A DNA stretch of 63,785 nt, counting the filler, from Reticulomyxa filosa (taxonomy: Eukaryota; Protista; Foraminifera), in assembly GCA_000512085.1 (NCBI GenBank). It is 27 parts of 27 records of this genome, joined end to end, with 100 filler letters (N's around TTAATTAATTAA, not from the genome) between each part and the next. Parts side by side here need not be neighbours in the genome. Positions count along the whole stretch, not along the records: positions 25,368 to 28,848 come from ASPP01020809.1; positions 28,949 to 30,836 come from ASPP01047027.1; positions 30,937 to 33,887 come from ASPP01014185.1; positions 33,988 to 35,438 come from ASPP01002970.1; positions 35,539 to 36,634 come from ASPP01035406.1; positions 36,735 to 38,085 come from ASPP01021947.1; positions 38,186 to 40,013 come from ASPP01005747.1; 20 more parts are not named here. One strand, written 5' to 3'. Positions 25,268 through 39,099 of the stretch are shown in pieces. Position 1 is the stretch's first letter. Every line of letters begins with the position of its first letter. The position numbers were made by a program, and so were the translations under genes. Below the pieces are notes generated by a model. It did no database searches. It was not told where the DNA came from and saw only the letters and a program-made list of their open reading frames with translations.

Positions 25268-27287
25268 NNNNNNNNNNNNNNNNNNNNNNNNNNNNNNNNN
25301 NNNNNNNNNNNTTAATTAATTAANNNNNNNNNNNNNNNNNNNNNNNNNNNNNNNNNNNNNNNNNNNNGTGTGTACATATACCATTTCTTTTTATATATTA
25401 CATATGTATAATCAATATGTATACATTGGAGTGTATTCGTTTTGCTGTGATTAGAAATTCCACAAGAGCGGAGATAAGTTCGCCTGAAATGATTCCTAAA
25501 CAATGATTGTGGGTTTTGTGTTTTGTCTTTTTTTTTTTTTTTTTTTTGTGTGGATTTTTCTTCCTTCCTTTCATACTTTAATAAGAACAAACATTCCCCC
25601 CCCCTTTCTACTACCTTTTTTTTCCTACTAGCATCTCTTGGCTTGGATGTGTCCCAATCATTGATTACATCCAATTCATGGCAATTTATATATTTTCGGT
25701 GTTTTTTTTATCTTTTTTTTTTAATTGCTTTGCTTTCGTAACCGTCGAAGAACAAACGAAAAGTTTTTAAAAAGAAACTTGGCCAAAGTTTTTGGGTTGT
25801 GTTTTTGCTTTTTTTTTAATCAGGTTGTTGTTTGCTTTTTTTTTTTTTTTAATGTGTCGTGAAAGTTTCATTAAAAAAAAAATGAAGGGATGGAGAGGAA
25901 AACAAGTATGTAATTTGTGTTGAAGTTTTTTTGTTTGTTTTTTTTATTATTTTGTGATTTTTGCTGGTGGGCTCAGCAAATATCACAAATCCCAATTTAG
26001 AAACGAGTTTGTGTTGCAAAAAGGGAATTATATCTTCAAAATAGAATAGACCCCTCCCCATGATTTTTTTTTTGACTACGTTTCCCTTTTTAGTTGAGGA
26101 TGCATCACCAATGCTCATTAAGAACATCTTTATTCATGCATCTCGTAAAATTGTTGTCCCCTTTTTGATAGCTTTTCGTTTTTAATTTGCATCAAGTATA
26201 CGTATACGCTTTTTCCCATGTTTCAAGCAATAATTATAAAATAGTAATTTGGTTTTAAAAAAATCTCATTATTCATACTACTTGTTCACTATGTTTTGAG
26301 TTCTCATCATCCAACAATAGTATGACTTTAAAAGTTAAAGGAAATCTTTTCGTAGAAATTTGCTATTGTCATAATTACAAACTAATTTATTTACACATCA
26401 TCTATCAAAAAGGTTTGTTAAACAAAAATAGCATGAAATTGAAACAGTTTTGCAAAAATTAAAAATAAAACTATGAAAGTCCAAGTAGTTGAACCCTAAG
26501 AATTTACTGATTTTGGCCAAGTGAAAGAACAACACTTATCAGCAATGCGTATCCACAATCTTCACAAATGGATTTTGTTTATAGTTTTAAAAAAGTTGGT
26601 CTTATGTTCGTGTTTTCATTTTTAACACTTAATTGTATTTTTTACATATTTTAGAGATCTCTCAAAATGTCTGTTGCAAAACTATTTTTAATTCTGTCTT
26701 GGAGATAGGAAAATAAGGTCAGTTTTTTTGCAGCTGTTGACTCATCTGACACATTTGAAATTCAATCCCAATCTACTCAATATTGACAGTCAATCAATTC
26801 AAAAAACTTTATCGTGCAACAACTTCTATCCTTAAAAAATTTTAGTGTGGCGTCTGTTTCTTAAAAAGTAACCTTTTGTTACAACTTGGACCTAAAACTG
26901 TACCACCGTTGCAAACAATTTTTTAGCGTGCATCTCCAACTCATTCTCATGCTACGCACGCGCCTTTTTAAAATTTCAAAAATGTAAACAAGTTTATAAG
27001 TTCATGACCTCACGTTTTTTGTGTTTTTGCAGTGAAAGTGTTTGACACCAAAGAACCCCTTTTGTAAAATTGTAACGTGAAAAAGTTTACTTAAACTACA
27101 TGGTGTATTTTTGGAAGCGATACATAAAATAAATAGCGTTTCATTCAACAAGTTCTTTCGAATAAACTTTTAAATTACATTTCGAATTCATGTCATCTTA
27201 TCTTCATAATCTCTTTTTCTCCTAATTAGAATATCTATTTTAATCGAGTTGCTTTGTAGCTTTTTTTACAAAGAATTATTTGAAATA

Positions 27288-28848
27288 ATGGTAAGAAAAA
27301 AATGCATAGCGCCTCTTTCTTTTTTTCTTTCTTTATTTTACTTCGCTTTACTTAATTGATATAGAACGAGCAGCCATCACGTAACCAAATGTATCTTAAC
27401 AAAATCCGAGGCCGAAAAGTTTCTAAGCGTGGCTCTTATATGAGTGAGCAATCAATAGAGCCAACAGTGAGTTTGGCTATTCAAAATCAATTAAAAAATG
27501 CACCACATTATAAAGATCCAGCTACTGGACTATTAAAACGATTCAGTGTCTGGCGCTATTCCTTTGCTCAGTTTGCAGATTTAGGAATAGGAGTATATTT
27601 GTATTTTGAATTTTTACAACAACTTGCTATCGTTTTTGGAGTAATGTTTATTTGTGTCTTACCATTGTTAATATCGGTGCTGTCTGGGCGGTGTGTATAT
27701 TTCTAATATATTAAAGGAAGTCCATTTTTTTTTTTTTTGCCAATGAGTACATTAAACCGAAGAAAAAATATCACACTAGAGAAATCCCTCGTTCGCAGTT
27801 GGGATTTGAACAAACAACAATTGGAAACCTGGGGTCACCGAATACAACCGCTGAAATTGTGTACCCTTTTGCATTTCCAGGACTTGGCACAAACACGATT
27901 AGCAAAAAAAAGCAGGGATTGTGTTTGGAGTGTGTGACTTGATAGCCACGTTAATATTTTTATGTTTCCTTGAAATTGTAAAACACAAGCAAGAAAACAC
28001 TGCCCGAAACCTGGAAGAAAAGATAACCACCATTGCTGATTTTTCCGTGCGAATTGGAAAATTACCACCTGATTTTTACAATAGACACGAGTTGCAAAGG
28101 TGGTGTGAGGAGAGATGGGGCGAAGTTGCAGAAGTTGCCATGTTATTGTTTTCTCTGTCTACGCTGTTTGTACATGTATTTACATGCAAATATATATGTA
28201 CACATATATGTATGTATGCACTCTATTTTTTTTTTAATTTTTTATTTTTTAATTAATGTCGTCTCATATCTTTTTATGACAAATTGCTTTCCCTTTTTTG
28301 TGGGTTAGATGTTACAACGATGGAGACATTACAGCAATGTATATGGAAAAGAGTGAACTCGTCCAACAAAAGAGAGTTCTTGAAAAAAAAGGGGTCAATA
28401 CAGAAGAGCTCGGAACGATTCTCAGCAAAATCTCTAAATGTTAAAAGTGTTTTTTTAAAAAAATTTTTTGGTAGACTGTTGTAAACGAATTGATGTGCTG
28501 TCGCAATAGTGGACGCCAAAATAAGTGCTTTTAAGCAGAGTTACGTATACCCACTCAAAAAAATTTTATGCTTGAGAAAGCAGGTCATTAAAAAAAAAAA
28601 AAAAATTTAAAATTGGATATAGAATTTTCCCTTCATTGTGTTTGCGCTTATGTCACTTTTCAACATGCCGAGTCTGCATACAAGTGTTTGCACGAGTACC
28701 CGAATACATGGCTCTCCAACATTATAATGCCCAAGAGACTGCAGTTCCGTGGGAAGCATCGTATCACTGTGTATCAGGCAAGAGAGCCGTCAGAGGTTAG
28801 TTTGTTTGCACTGCATAACAGTCAAGATAATCTTTTTTTTTTTTTTTT
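27288..28848 (+). CDS. OSCA/TMEM63 (CSC1-like) channel, 5' part
   Basis: DLGIGVYLYFEFLQQLAIVF, TIADFSVRIGKLP, CAYVTFQH, ITVYQAREPSE. The ATG at 27288 is followed directly by a GTAAGA donor, with an in-frame acceptor at 27364. Confidence 0.85.
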
Positions 28849-30936
28849 NNNNNNNNNNNNNNNNNNNNNNNNNNNNNNNNNNNNNNNNNNNNTTAATTAA
28901 TTAANNNNNNNNNNNNNNNNNNNNNNNNNNNNNNNNNNNNNNNNNNNNTGGGACCATTATCCCGATGTTGTTGTGTCCCAATTTGGTGGATTAATTTGCG
29001 ATACTCAAGTCAAGACCATTAGGCAAATCAAAAGAGGAGGATGATTTAGAAAAAGGTGACTACAAGGCCATACAGTCGTTGGATTCGTTTTTAAAATGAA
29101 AAAAAAGATCGTATATCGCTGTTACTTTGGATAGGGCTCTTCACACCCACAAGTAGCGACTTTGCGGGTCCTTAACGTGGACTATTTAACATAGTGCACC
29201 CCTCAATAGAAGTTGCTGGATGTGACAACGCCAAGTGCAGTGCCAACAATGATGACGGCAACGATTACGAAATGCAGTCTATGCTCCTTCTACTCAATTA
29301 TGTCAATCATTGGACTGGCGTTTTGCACTTCACAATATTTGGATATATCACTGCTGTTGGTGTGTGCAGAAGATAGCTAATGTTGTTGCGTATTTATTAC
29401 AAAAAGCAACAGGGCCATACCAATGGATAAACGGATTTATGATTCAAAAATTGCTCCATTATTTGCCGAAAGAACAAAGGTTGTATATTTGCAATGCGTT
29501 GGTGGAGCTGGGCCCTGCTGAGTGGATATTTAACAATATTTTATGTCAACAGTGGAACCCTCCTCTCTATACTCTCTCAAAGACACCGTCGCTGTAGATA
29601 CGAACGAGCTGTTCGGTTATAAAAAACCGAATTGCCCGAATTCGAAAAATGGAAGGTTTTGCTATTGACAAGACCGCTTTTCAAAGAAATGGTAGCTCTA
29701 GGGAAGAGCCTTTCAGTGATGCTGGCTTTCTTCAATTGTTCCAAATAACGGAATACTTGATGTGAAGCATTATCATTGAAATCAGCGCGCACATTCCAAC
29801 AAGGGTTCAAGTTATTTCGTTGGTAATTTGTGCGGTTGTCTCTTTCCTGTTAACTGACGCTATAATTCGTGATTGGATCCATTGCCCGAAAAAGTTTGTT
29901 TTATGTGTACGTATTTAATATAAAACATCTTTGTAACGTATATTTATTATTTATTTATATTTGTGTTATGTGTTGCTTGAATTTTTTGAATAGATCTTTA
30001 AATGTGTGCAAATTGAAGTGTGCAAGTTGTTGCTGTTAATATTATTATTGATACTGAAGTGAACCAAGCAAGAATGTAATAGTAATAGCAACAGCTTGCA
30101 TTGATTATGGATCATGGTATCATTCTTTACATAACGAATAACTTGGAAAAAAACAATTTGAAGGTCCAAATCAGTGTAATGTGATCATGATTAATTGAGA
30201 ATGGTGAGCTGCGCAACCTGTATTCCAAGTTATAATAGTGTGATTGTAAAAAACTTAAAACATGACGGATACACACGTATATAATATAGGTCTCAAAGAA
30301 TACAACATGTGTCCATCGAAAATTGGAAAGTAGTGGTTGCGGTGCCAGAAGCAAGGTGAAGCGAAGTCAAATAATGCCGATTTTGGCAATCCAATTGCAA
30401 GTGTGACACTTGCCTCAAATTTTGTTTTATTTCGTTATTTCTTTTGATTTTTTTTATAATAATTTAGACATCTTTCCAGCTCACCTGATATTGTCATCAA
30501 ATTGTGTTCATCATAAAAAATTTTTGAATATTTCTGAATTTTAGTATTTAAATCTAAAAGAAAGTCAAATGTGCGATATACCTGATTTGGTTTTCACTTA
30601 TATCTTTGAAAAAACAATAACTGGAATTAATTTCATGTGATAATACTCTTCTTATGTGGTTAGAGTTGGTGCCAGAAAAAAAAAACATTAGATAGTTCAA
30701 TTCTATCAAGTGCTCCAAAAGAGCCACTCTTAAGCGTCGACTGTGCAAAATAGTAAGATTCTACAGAAAATACAGTCTTTAATTTATCCCAAAAAAAAAA
30801 GTTGGTAGATTTTCTATCTCCTTTCACTTTCAAATTNNNNNNNNNNNNNNNNNNNNNNNNNNNNNNNNNNNNNNNNNNNNTTAATTAATTAANNNNNNNN
30901 NNNNNNNNNNNNNNNNNNNNNNNNNNNNNNNNNNNN

Positions 30937-30973
<37 letters not shown>

Positions 30974-30986
30974 AAAGAAATTAAAC

Positions 30987-32687
30987 CTCAGCAGAAGCGA
31001 TGGAAGCTTGAAGTTCCCAATACTTTCGATTTTCTTTAAGTCGTTGAAGTGTTTTTTTGAAATTTTCCATTTGGATCAAAAAAACCGACTGGAGACGGAA
31101 TACAAGGGGAAAATGATCGCCTTGAAAAAACCAATTTGTCCGGACGGTAAGTTGGAGTCATTGCGATCGCACAATGGGGAAACTGGCAAACCTAATTCTT
31201 TTTCTTTATCTCCTTGCGAATGAAATTCGCTTGTAACTCTTTTCGTCCATTCAATGTGTTGTTTCAATGGTTTCATCACATGCGATAAGTCGCTCATTTT
31301 CATCACACATTTAAACAGTACGAGCAAATCTTGACTTCGTACTTTGGTTAGTGTTTTCACTTTGCCCACAATGTCGAAATGTTTACTTTCCGTATTTCAT
31401 TTGTGTGCAAATTTTTATTTTTTTTTAATTTTTAATTAAATTACCTTTTAAATACAAAAAGCAAAGCAAAACGTTAAATCTGTTGCCAATACTGTTGGCA
31501 CAATTTGTTTTCGAAAGTCTTTAAATTTCTGGCGATCCCATTTTGCCACAAAATTGTTTCTGGGCTTGCGCAATTCTCGAAATGCGACTATATTTATTTC
31601 CATGCATGGATAGCCAGATATGTACATATTGTATATACGTAGTAATGTATCTCTATCATTTATGCATGAATTGGTTAAAAACACTCAACAGCATAAGTGG
31701 TGATATTCCAAGACACTTTCGTCACTGTAAAGCAAAGCTAAATGCGAGTTTACATTAGCTTCAAATGCATTACTATTTCCTTTTATTTTATTTTTGTTTA
31801 CAACGTAGCAAATGGTATGTACGTATGTATATACGTACGTATGTGAGAAAGGTAAAAAAAAAAAACCTGGATGATCGACATCATGGATAACGGAAGACAA
31901 GAATGAAGCAAAGAGTTGCAAGGGATGGATCATTTGCTTTAGTTTTGGTTGCAAAGCATTCCACAAAAAGATGGTAGTCATAGCCACTTCTGCGGCGTGC
32001 ATTCGATTGTGATAGGGGTTGTTAATGTGGTATCCTGATTCTATTGCGCTCACAAAATTAATGAACGGGCGCAATGGAATCGAGCACGACTCCGTTACAT
32101 TCAGTTTCAAGCACATGATCAAGCATGTGTGCAACAAGGGATGTCCTCCGGTCAATTCGTTTAAGCGAATGGAATCCATGTCATTGCTGTAAGGCGTTGT
32201 TTGTCAATGATTGTGAAGAAGAAAGAGAGAAGGAAAAAAAAAAGGGGGGAGGGGGAAATTTTAATATTTCGTATTCGTATTTTTAAAAAAAAAAAAAAAA
32301 AAGACAAACTTAGCTCAAATTCCATAATTTGAAGTGTCAATTTATCCAGTTCGGGGGAAATGTGTTGGAGCAACTGAAACATGTGCGTTGGTTTATTCAC
32401 ATTGGCGATAATGATGGTAGTGATACTTGCCTTACAGCTTCGTGGGGCGTGCTTCATTTCTTCACCTTCCATCTCTTCGGTTGCAGTGACTATCTCCATC
32501 GCCGATGCTGTTGTCGTGGCCGGTGCATTTTCGGTATGCGGTGAGGACGCGATTACTTCAAGGTGAGGTTCTGGACCTTTGGCTTGAAAAGGTGTCCATG
32601 TTTCCAGCATCGAAGGGGACGCAGGATCTGCCAAAGATACACTAATTGGGGTGCCCAGACGTTGTGCTTGTACTGGCAACTCTCGCA

Positions 32688-32733
<46 letters not shown>

Positions 32734-33770
32734 TTTTGTTTGTGTATACGTATGACGTAATGTTTTCGTAATTCAAGACACACGTCACCAGCATTAACCG
32801 TTAGTAACACTTATCTGTTTTTAACTTTTCTTCATTTTCGTCGGCGTGGATCGGATCAGTAGGATCTATGTCATTGTCAGAAGGCTGTCCCGCGCTTCGG
32901 TGAGTCGCGCTTTGACTACGATGCCCACTCGTGTGGACGTGGAACAAGGGCGATGGTGATCGGATGTGACGATGCGTCAAGTTAATCGCCTCATTGTTGT
33001 CCGACTTTCGCTTCTGATATCTTTTGTGCATTTCCAACAACGATTCATTGGGTGCAATAAAATTAACACTCAATGCATTACACCCAGGCGTGTTGGCAGG
33101 AGGATTGTTTCCCGTCGTGCCCAACTCTTTTGGTGTTGTGCTTGCACTGTTGTTTATACGCGGCCCTTCACTATCTTCATTGGTTAGAATAACCGAAATT
33201 GTAGTGTTATTATTATTATTGTTGTTGTTATTGTTATTGTTATTGTCATTGTTGTCGTTTGATTTATTGTTATTGATATCACCATTGTTATTGTTATTAT
33301 TAATGTCAATATTATCATGGGCATTACTGTTATTGTTGTTGTTATTATTATTAGCATTGTTATTGGCATCCTTTTCATTAATGTCACTATCGTGAACAAT
33401 TGTATCTCGCTCAGTTGGATTTGCCGAAGAGTCAGTTGCAAAAAATGAAGTGGCAGTGTGACGAAGCTCGGGCGACTTCCTCTCCACAGCGAAAGCTTGA
33501 TGGACCCATTCGACGGCAGAAGGGTCTTGGCCAGCTGCTTTTCCACTTGTTCCATCGGCGCCATATTTAGTTCTTGGCCTTCGTTGATGATCGTCCACAC
33601 TTCGTTTAGTCGCGCGTAATCCTCGCGGCTCATGTTCGGTTGGCTCATCAAGTCCGCCAATATCCGTTTGATTTCGTCTGCGCCGGTGCGCAAATTCAAC
33701 TCTACGTTGCTATTCAACACGCTCTCCCTCCGCCAATGTTGGGGTTTCATGTCCACTGTTGCAACACCAA
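30987..33770 (-). CDS. Class I 3',5'-cyclic nucleotide phosphodiesterase (multi-exon, partial)
   Basis: NPYHNRMHAAEV, IHDVDHPG, SVLEYHH, VLATDL, MSDLSH, EFHSQGDKEKELGLPVSPLCDR, QIGF. Confidence 0.95.
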
Positions 33771-33989
33771 GTGTAGTGATTGGGATACACCGGAGGAAAG
33801 AAAGGGAGGGGAGGGGGGAGGAAAAAAATAAAAATAAACAAATAAAAATGGAATAAATGAATAAATGATTTGTTTATTTATTTGGTTNNNNNNNNNNNNN
33901 NNNNNNNNNNNNNNNNNNNNNNNNNNNNNNNTTAATTAATTAANNNNNNNNNNNNNNNNNNNNNNNNNNNNNNNNNNNNNNNNNNNNAA

Positions 33990-34025
<36 letters not shown>

Positions 34026-34026
34026 G

Positions 34027-35370
34027 GGAGTTTGAAACGTTCCTGACGACACAGAAAGAGCCAATGACAATACTGATCAGAACCTGCAATAAACAATACA
34101 AAGAATTGTTGTCACAGTATTTCCCCTTTTTGCTGAACTTGTTAATTCCAATTCCATTGGACATTCGTCTCACTCTTGTGCTGAATTATTGCTACAGTGA
34201 AGTCCAAAAGATTGAGCCCCAAAAAAAAACCAAAGTACTTGGCTCTGTATCTGTCTTATTTGATTGTACGCACATACACACTGCGTAGAAAAGCAAATGA
34301 GCAATGAACCAATGCAATATATATATATATATGTATGTGTATATGTATATATACACAAGACATCTATGGCACAGAAGTTGCTCGAGAGGATGCACCAAAG
34401 AAAACAAAGAAAACAAAGAAAACTCCAAAGGAAACTCCAAAGGAAACTCCAAAAAGAACGCGAAAAAAAACTTGAAAGAATGCGCCAGGAAAATGCGCTC
34501 AGAGCAGCAAAGGAAGACGAGTTTATAAGGCGGTGTTTCCCCGAGGTGCTCAATAGCGATGAAAGCGATGAAGACGATGAAGACGATGAAGATGATGAAG
34601 ACGATGAAGATGATGAAGACGATGAAGACGATGAAAATAATGAAGACGATAAAGACGATAAAGATGATGAAGACGATAAAAACGATGAAGACGATAAAGA
34701 TGATGAAAATGATGAAGACGATGAAGACGATGAAAGCGATAAAAACGATGACAAAGATAATAATGAAGACGATGAAGACGATGAAGACGATAAAGACGAT
34801 AAAGACGATGAAAATGATGAAGACGATGACAAAGATAATAGTGAAGACGATGACGACGACGATGATGATGATGATGATAATGACCATTACATCAACCTTA
34901 CACAACGGAAAAAAAACACACACACATGTACCATTGTCATACACCGCATACTATCCCCCGAAGATACATCTTCCCTGGTTCAAACTGCGAATAATGGTGG
35001 TCATATTAATGTTACGTATAAATTATATATACATATATTTATATACAAATATATACATATATGTATATATGCATATGTATACGTAAAAAAAAAAAAAAAG
35101 ATGGATGAATTATTTCTGGAGTCATTAATGGAGCAGGTGAATGCAATACCTGCGGTATCATTGCACAAAGAATTGAAAATCATGTATAACAACGAACCTG
35201 GCGTTGGTCAAGGCCCGTTGCGCGAATTTTTGACCTATTTATCCGAGCTTCTGTTTGTCCGTCAAACACACAACTTATTTCAATTATCTCCGGATTCAAA
35301 GAGTATCCATATCACTCCCATTCAATTCTTGTTGCAACGCTTGTCCTTACCGGTCATTCATAAGTTATAC
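34027..35370 (+). CDS. HECT-type E3 ubiquitin ligase fragment with a long acidic tract upstream of the HECT start
   Basis: LKIMYNNEPGVGQGPLREFLTYLSELLF resembles the HECT N-terminal motif. In-frame intron 35011-35100. Confidence 0.75.
34555..34885 (+). repeat. 9-bp-unit coding repeat (GAAGACGAT/AAAGACGAT) giving a D/E/K/N tract of about 110 aa
   Basis: Direct inspection. Confidence 0.9.
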
Positions 35371-35538
35371 GTATTTGGTGCAATCAATTAATCTTGCACA
35401 TTGCTCCCAATAATAACAAGCAAACAAACAAACAAACANNNNNNNNNNNNNNNNNNNNNNNNNNNNNNNNNNNNNNNNNNNNTTAATTAATTAANNNNNN
35501 NNNNNNNNNNNNNNNNNNNNNNNNNNNNNNNNNNNNNN

Positions 35539-36634
35539 CTTTGGCTCTGTCCGTCAGACATGAGAAGAGAACATTAACTTGTCCTCCATTTAATTTCATT
35601 GCAGTTTCTTCAAGTAAACATATCGAGGTGAAGTAATCATATCCATTTTTACTTTTTAACCTGTCTATTAAATATTCAAAAGTATGATTAAATTGTCTTT
35701 TATCCAACTTCACTGCAACTATTCCAAGAGTTTTTGCACATAATCCAATAAATTCTTCATTTGTTTCATCATTTAATACTTCCATTAAAGAAATAAAAGC
35801 ATTATTCAATTGTATTTTACTCCATTTCATTGAAAGTTTTCCGAGGAATTCTGCACATCCTCCACGAACATTTTCAAGTGTGCTTTTATTACGTAATCTG
35901 ACAATCGAGAATTTGAAAAGATCATCTGTTTGTCCTTCTTTCAATTTCATTATGAATTCAATTGCATCTGCATAATAAAAATATCTATAAAATCTATTCA
36001 TCAAATATTGGAAGGTATTACCCAATTGTTTTTCACCTAATTGCAATGAAGTAATTGCAAGTATGTGTGCACATTCACTACACATTTTTATATTTTCATT
36101 CTCAAAACCGTCCATTAAAAATTGGAAAACTCGATTCAATTGTTTGTAATTCAAGTCCAATGCTATTTCTGCAAGAGATTTTACACAGATTTGATAGGTA
36201 TTTTCATTGCCAATTCCATTTATGAAAAATTCTAAAACATCATCCAATTGCCTTTCATTCAATTTCACTGCTATTTTACAAAATAAGTCTGCGCACTGTT
36301 GGGAATATTTCCTAAAACCTTGTTTGCAACATTGTATAATAATACCGGAAGTTTCTGTGGAAATACACAAATACTCCAATATTTGCAATCTATTTAATAG
36401 TAATTGATTATTATCCAAATACTCCAACATTTGCAATCTATTTAATAGTAATTGATTATTATCAATTTTGCTCAATTGTGTTTGAATTACCTTAATTTGA
36501 TCGATGATACATAAATGAATATCAGAATAATGAAGGAGATATTGAAAATTGGGTAAATACAATTTCATCACATTATCCAATGGTCTATTCAGAGTCTGTT
36601 TGAGTAATACATCGTAAACATCGCATTTACCTTT
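35539..36634 (-). CDS. HEAT/ARM-like helical repeat protein fragment, with a 48-bp tandem duplication (DNNQLLLNRLQxLEYL x2, about 36371-36466)
   Basis: Repeating CA..L..IA.KL...QL...F..L...L units in a 365-aa ORF. Confidence 0.75.
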
Positions 36635-36734
36635 NNNNNNNNNNNNNNNNNNNNNNNNNNNNNNNNNNNNNNNNNNNNTTAATTAATTAANNNNNNNNNN
36701 NNNNNNNNNNNNNNNNNNNNNNNNNNNNNNNNNN

Positions 36735-37610
36735 GTGGATGAGAAGAATTATGAGATGGTAGAGAAGATATTAGATTCAAGCCATTGGAATTGGATGAAA
36801 GTTGTATTTGGTCATTTGATATTCATCAAAGTGACACTACAAAGAGGGAGGTTATTGAGCCATATACCAATTGCATGGAAAAAGGCAAATATTGTGCTTA
36901 TTCCCAAGCATGACAGGGACCATAGTCAGTGCAAGAATCATCGGCCAATTGTATTGTTATCAAGTGTTGGTAAATTGATATATAATAGAAATAGTATTGG
37001 GGATAAAGCAGGTCCTTGAGGAACATCAGTATTGAATTCCATCCAAGCTGAATTAGTTCCATTCAATACAACTCTTCCAAGTCGATCTGAAGAAGCTGTC
37101 TATCCGCCAATATAATCTTCCATTTAATTTAAATTTATTTCTCATTTTATATCTCAATCCATTTCTCCAAACACTACCATACGCTGCAAAAATGTCCAAT
37201 AACACTGCATCAAATGGCTTGTGGATTGTCTCAGTCAATCTCAATAACAATCCATCTGTGTTATGCCACGATTGGAGTTCTGCTTGTGTTTGATGTAATA
37301 ACTGTTTCTCATTCAACCACATTAATCTACTTGTAATGATTCTTTCCATCAATTTACCAACACTTGATAACAATACAATTGGCCGATGATTCTTGCACTG
37401 ACTATGGTCCCTGTCATGCTTGGGAATAAGCACAATATTTGCCTTTTTCCATGCAATTGGTATATGGAGACAAATGTCTCAATGGCTCAATAACCTCCCT
37501 CTTTGTAGTGTCACTTTGATGAATATCAAATGACCAAATACAACTTTCATCCAATTCCAATGGCTTGAATCTAATATCTTCTCTACCATCTCATAATTCT
37601 TCTCATCCAC
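36735..37610. repeat. Long inverted duplication: arms 36735-36979 and 37348-37610
   Basis: Arms are reverse complements apart from an 18-bp indel (245 vs 263 bp). Confidence 0.92.
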
Positions 37611-37830
37611 ATCTTAAGAGGTTGAGGTGGCTCTGCAAATATCTTTGCCAACAGGTACGCTTTATATACATCTGATCTTGCCACTGAATTCATCTCCTTG
37701 TTCACCAATGCTGGAATAATACATATCTTATTGTGAAAACAAATTTGGCTCTTCCCTGTGGAATGGTCAGTGAGAATTACAGGGACAATGCTAATGCTCA
37801 GCTGAATCCTCTTAGCCTTGTTTTCGAAGT
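36974..37830 (-). mobile_element. Degenerate LINE reverse transcriptase fragment
   Basis: WKKANIVLIPK, NHRPIVLLSSVGKLMERII, VLLDIFAAYGSVW (degenerate LD...AFD.V), DVPQGPALSPILFLLYIN. Frameshifted. Confidence 0.9.
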
Positions 37831-38220
37831 GTTGAAGTCTGAATATTGAGTTTAATTCATCCTTTTAACAAAATTAAAGCAAACTAAAACAAAAAATAAA
37901 ATTTAAACACTTATTAAAGAAAATCATGCGAATATTGTTGTTGTTACCATTTCGGCTTATTTAATAGAAAATTTGCTCAATTTTGTTCAACATTCTTTCT
38001 TGTTAATATTACTTTGTTTCGACTGTTCATTTCGGGTGTTTCGTTTGTTATCTTGTATATATCTGATCTCGCGCAAAATCGCAATNNNNNNNNNNNNNNN
38101 NNNNNNNNNNNNNNNNNNNNNNNNNNNNNTTAATTAATTAANNNNNNNNNNNNNNNNNNNNNNNNNNNNNNNNNNNNNNNNNNNNAAAGTTTATTATTTA
38201 AAAAAAAAAAAAAAAAAAAG

Positions 38221-39099
38221 GTGGTAAAGTACTTCAAACTATTAAAACGAAGCTATGCACATCTAAAACCTGTAAACAGTGTCCAATTTTCACCTGATGG
38301 AACCAAAATTCTTGCGTCGGCAGCGCATGAAAAAATTCGAATATTTGGAACGCGTCTCCAATCGCTACGTGGACATTCCGATATCGTCAACAGCGCACAA
38401 TATTCATCCGATGGCAAAATGATTGTGTCGTGCTCAAACGATCAAACAATTCGAGTGTGGAATGCCAATTCAAGAAAGGAAATAAAGAAACTTGAAGGAC
38501 ATACTGGCCATGTCACAAGTGCAAGGTTTTCACCAGACGGAACCATTATTGTTTCAAGTTCAAAAGACGGCACAATTCGACTATGGGATGTGAAATCCGG
38601 CGAGGAAATAAAGCGGTTTCAGCATCCGGCGTGGGTAAATGATATACAATTTTCATCAAATGGCCAATTTTTTTTGTCCTCGTCTCTTGATAAAACAGTT
38701 GACGTATGGGATGTGCGCCTTGGAGCAAAAATAAGTGAAGTATGCAGACATCGTAATCCTGTGACCCGAGCACAATACTCTCCTGATGGAAAAGCTATTA
38801 TTACTTGTTCCACGGATCACATAATTCGAGTATGGGATGCAATGTCACAAACAACAACCAAACAATTTGAAGGACACTCTGCCAACATTAACGGTGTGAA
38901 ATTTTTCCCAGATGGTCAAACTATGGTATCATGCTCAGACGATACAACGGTTCGGTTATGGAACATGCAACTTGGAACAGAAATACAAGTGTTGAAAGGA
39001 CACTCCTCAAAAGTTACTGGAGTGGATATTTCGCCTGATGGAAGCACCATCGTATCTTGCTCAGGTCGAAAAACAATCCGGCTATGGGGATTTTTGTAA
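38221..39099 (+). CDS. WD40-repeat protein (terminal exon)
   Basis: About seven GH...V....FSPDG..IVS.S.D.TIR.WD repeats. Confidence 0.95.
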   Translation: MVKYFKLLKRSYAHLKPVNSVQFSPDGTKILASAAHEKIRIFGTRLQSLRGHSDIVNSAQYSSDGKMIVSCSNDQTIRVWNANSRKEIKKLEGHTGHVTSARFSPDGTIIVSSSKDGTIRLWDVKSGEEIKRFQHPAWVNDIQFSSNGQFFLSSSLDKTVDVWDVRLGAKISEVCRHRNPVTRAQYSPDGKAIITCSTDHIIRVWDAMSQTTTKQFEGHSANINGVKFFPDGQTMVSCSDDTTVRLWNMQLGTEIQVLKGHSSKVTGVDISPDGSTIVSCSGRKTIRLWGFL

